DNA of 32,000 nt from Buchnera aphidicola str. APS (Acyrthosiphon pisum) (GTDB taxonomy: Bacteria; Pseudomonadota; Gammaproteobacteria; Enterobacterales; Enterobacteriaceae): contig NC_002528.1 in NCBI RefSeq assembly GCF_000009605.1, forward strand, positions 150,001-182,000, read 5' to 3'. This document shows positions 30,210 to 32,000 of this stretch, one piece after another (the first letter of the stretch is position 1; each line of letters begins with the position of its first letter). The position numbers were made by a program, and so were the translations under genes. The notes under the pieces are model-generated. The model searched no databases and had not been told where the DNA came from. It worked only from the letters and a program-made list of their open reading frames with translations.

Positions 30210-30347
30210 ATGAATTTTTATCATGTTCCAAATAATTTTGAAAATTTTTTTTTTATTATTCTAATATTGATAACTGTTTTGATAATATTAATTATTGTAT
30301 TAGTTATATTTATAATTAATAATATATTATACAATAAAAAATATTAA
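30210..30347 (+). CDS. hypothetical 45-aa hydrophobic small protein (speculative)
   Basis: ATG at 30210 to TAA at 30345-30347 encodes MNFYHVPNNFENFFFIILILITVLIILIIVLVIFIINNILYNKKY. It is preceded by GAGGGG (30202-30207), one of the very few G-rich words in the spacer, though the spacing to the ATG is short (2-4 nt). It falls below the 60-aa cutoff of the ORF track. An FILNKY-rich sequence is what AT-rich non-coding DNA yields by chance, and the frame contains a T10 run (30245-30254). Confidence 0.25.
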   Translation: MNFYHVPNNFENFFFIILILITVLIILIIVLVIFIINNILYNKKY

Positions 30348-30564
30348 TAATTTTTTATTTAAACACATAATTTTACATATAGATATTTATATTTTAATTT
30401 TTTAAAAAAATATAAAAAAATAAAAAATTTTTTACCATAACGTATTATACAATTTAATTTTTTATAAGATTATAAAATATATAAGACATATTTAGGTCTT
30501 TACATGTTGTTCTATTTCTCATCAGAAGATTTTCAATTATTTTTTACAAAAAAATAAGAGTGCT

Positions 30565-31800
30565 ATGATTAATAAAAATTACTCTTTATCTCTCTGGCTT
30601 AAATATTTAGAGCAGTTAGATAAAAAAAGAATATATAATCTTACTGAATTAAAATTTCTTGCAAAAAAGCTCGGTTTATTAAAGTCGGAATCTTTTATTT
30701 TTACTGTTGCAGGAACTAATGGAAAAGGTACTACTTGTGCAGTATTAGAAAGATTGTTATTAGATTCGGGTTATCAAGTAGGACTATATACTTCCCCTCA
30801 TCTTATAAATTTTGTAGAAAGAGTTAGAATTAATGGGTTTGTTCTTCATGAAGAAGAACATATTGATTCTTTTCAGAATGTAGAACTAGTTCGAAATGGT
30901 GTTTTATTAACTTATTTTGAATTTATTACACTCGCTGCATTAATTTTGTTTAAAAGGTATTCATTAGATTGTATTATACTAAAAGTAGGTTTAGGGGGAA
31001 GATTAGATGCTACTAATATTATAGATTCTGATATATCGATAATAACTAATATAGGTATAGATCATACTTCTATTTTAGGAAGAGATCGCATAAGCATCGC
31101 ACGTGAAAAATGTGGAGTTTTTAGAAAAAATAAAATTTCTGTTATTGGAGAAACTGATATACCTTGTTCTATGTATCAAATAGCTAAAGAAAAAAAAACA
31201 ATACTAAAGAAAATTGATATAGATTGGTCATGGGAAAAAAAAAGAAATTATTGGAATTTTTTTCATTCTACCATACAATTGTATAATTTACCTGAGACTC
31301 AGGTACCATTATCGAGTGCAGCTACTGCTTTATCTACTCTATATTATTCTCGTTTTAAAATAAAAGAAAAAATTATAAGAAAATCTATTTCTAATGTTCA
31401 ATTGCCTGGTAGATTTCAAGTTATTTCTACCTTTCCTTATATTATTGTCGACGTAGCTCATAATCCTAACGCTGCTTTTTATTTATCTCAAAAAATAGAT
31501 GAAATAAATATAACCGGAAAAATATATGCAGTGGTAGGCATATTAAAAGATAAAGATATTTTGGGTATTATTGATCCTCTGGCAAATAAAATTCATCATT
31601 GGTTCACTGCCCCCTTGAAAACGATTCGAACTGCCACCAAACATGAATTAAAAAAATTTTTTCCTATTCACAATACATCTATTTTAAAAAGTATTGAAAT
31701 AGCTTATAAAAAAGCTTTGATATTAGTAAAAAAAGAAGATGCTATTATAATTTTCGGTTCTTTTTTAACTGTTTCAGAATTTCTTTCTTTAAAAATATAA
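30565..31800 (+). CDS. folC: bifunctional folylpolyglutamate synthase / dihydrofolate synthase
   Basis: The 411-aa product has the P-loop FTVAGTNGKGTTC, plus SPHLINFVERVRING, KVGLGGRLDATNI and VAHNPNAA, matching E. coli FolC along its length. AAGAG lies 5 nt upstream of the ATG. Confidence 0.95.
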   Translation: MINKNYSLSLWLKYLEQLDKKRIYNLTELKFLAKKLGLLKSESFIFTVAGTNGKGTTCAVLERLLLDSGYQVGLYTSPHLINFVERVRINGFVLHEEEHIDSFQNVELVRNGVLLTYFEFITLAALILFKRYSLDCIILKVGLGGRLDATNIIDSDISIITNIGIDHTSILGRDRISIAREKCGVFRKNKISVIGETDIPCSMYQIAKEKKTILKKIDIDWSWEKKRNYWNFFHSTIQLYNLPETQVPLSSAATALSTLYYSRFKIKEKIIRKSISNVQLPGRFQVISTFPYIIVDVAHNPNAAFYLSQKIDEINITGKIYAVVGILKDKDILGIIDPLANKIHHWFTAPLKTIRTATKHELKKFFPIHNTSILKSIEIAYKKALILVKKEDAIIIFGSFLTVSEFLSLKI

Positions 31801-31837
31801 ATATAACACACAAAAAAATATGATTTTGGAAAAATCT

Positions 31838-32000
31838 ATGTTGTTACTAGATTATATTATTATTTTTTTCATTATTATTTCATTTTTTTTTGGTTTATCA
31901 CGTGGTTTATATCAAGAAATAGTTTCTTCTTATTTTTGGTTTTTTAATTTTTATTTTTTTAATAAATATGATTACTTTAGTTCGTTTTTTATTAATGCAG
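31838..32000 (+). CDS. cvpA: colicin V production membrane protein CvpA, N-terminal fragment (continues past the right edge)
   Basis: My own translation gives MLLLDYIIIFFIIISFFFGLSRGLYQEIVSSYFWFF (E. coli MVWIDYAIIAVIAFSSLVSLIRGFVREALSLVTWGC). It follows folC as in E. coli, minus dedD. An in-frame ATG at 31820 would add MILEKS, but ATG 31838 matches the E. coli N-terminal length. Confidence 0.85.
   Translation, partial: MLLLDYIIIFFIIISFFFGLSRGLYQEIVSSYFWFFNFYFFNKYDYFSSFFINA

Larger units (their letters stand above)
29440..30564. other. 1125-bp gene-free, extremely AT-rich spacer between nuoN and folC (possible eroded pseudogene DNA)
   Basis: The supplied track has no ORF of 60 aa or more on either strand here. 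Homopolymer runs are frequent and G/C is confined to a few short islands. Every other intergenic gap in the window is 3-334 bp. Confidence 0.8.

Noticed and set aside
30037-30224. A 12-nt direct repeat AATTTTTATCAT at 30037-30048 and 30213-30224; the second copy covers the first codons of the small ORF.
   Set aside because: In DNA that is almost entirely A/T, exact 12-mers recur by chance within a kilobase. The flanks show no extended similarity.
1-32000. I looked for a novel multi-gene system. Targets were CRISPR-like repeat-spacer arrays, IS or transposon termini, integrases, phage genes, toxin-antitoxin pairs, defence islands, and rRNA or tRNA genes.
   Set aside because: Every ORF over 60 aa that is not a shadow frame is a recognisable housekeeping ortholog in E. 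coli-like order. No periodic repeats, inverted terminal repeats or G/C-rich structured RNA genes are visible. The window is core genome.

Overview
This window is a gene-dense, very AT-rich, E. coli-syntenic slice of a reduced gammaproteobacterial endosymbiont chromosome. Gene order and protein sequences fit Buchnera aphidicola best, probably an Aphidinae-host lineage; this is inferred from memory of the family, not from a search. On the minus strand, in transcription order right to left: dnaK-dnaJ, then ribF-ileS-lspA-ispH-dapB-carA-carB, with carB running off the left edge. rpsT lies on the plus strand, convergent with dnaJ. The plus strand then carries the complete 13-gene NADH:quinone oxidoreductase operon nuoA-B-CD-E-F-G-H-I-J-K-L-M-N (about 15 kb), a 1125-bp gene-free spacer, folC, and the 5' end of cvpA running off the right edge. 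Every CDS looks intact and is close in length to its E. coli ortholog. I see no rRNA, tRNA, CRISPR, IS or phage remnant, toxin-antitoxin or defence genes, and no convincing novel multi-gene system. This is ordinary core-genome territory. The items worth a second look are small-scale. (1) The 1.1-kb nuoN-folC spacer is unusually long. It contains a bidirectional terminator-like palindrome and a 45-codon hydrophobic ORF preceded by a Shine-Dalgarno (SD)-like GAGGGG, below the ORF-track cutoff. (2) A sigma-32 heat-shock promoter upstream of dnaK closely matches E. coli dnaK P1. (3) A GC-rich hairpin plus U-tract lies between dnaK and dnaJ. (4) carA and rpsT both appear to keep the TTG start codons known from E. 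coli. (5) Many sense-strand poly(A) tracts of 9-10 nt are prone to slippage. Several longest-ORF starts in the supplied track (carA, lspA, nuoB, nuoCD, nuoM, cvpA) are probably N-terminal over-extensions, and I have adjusted them.
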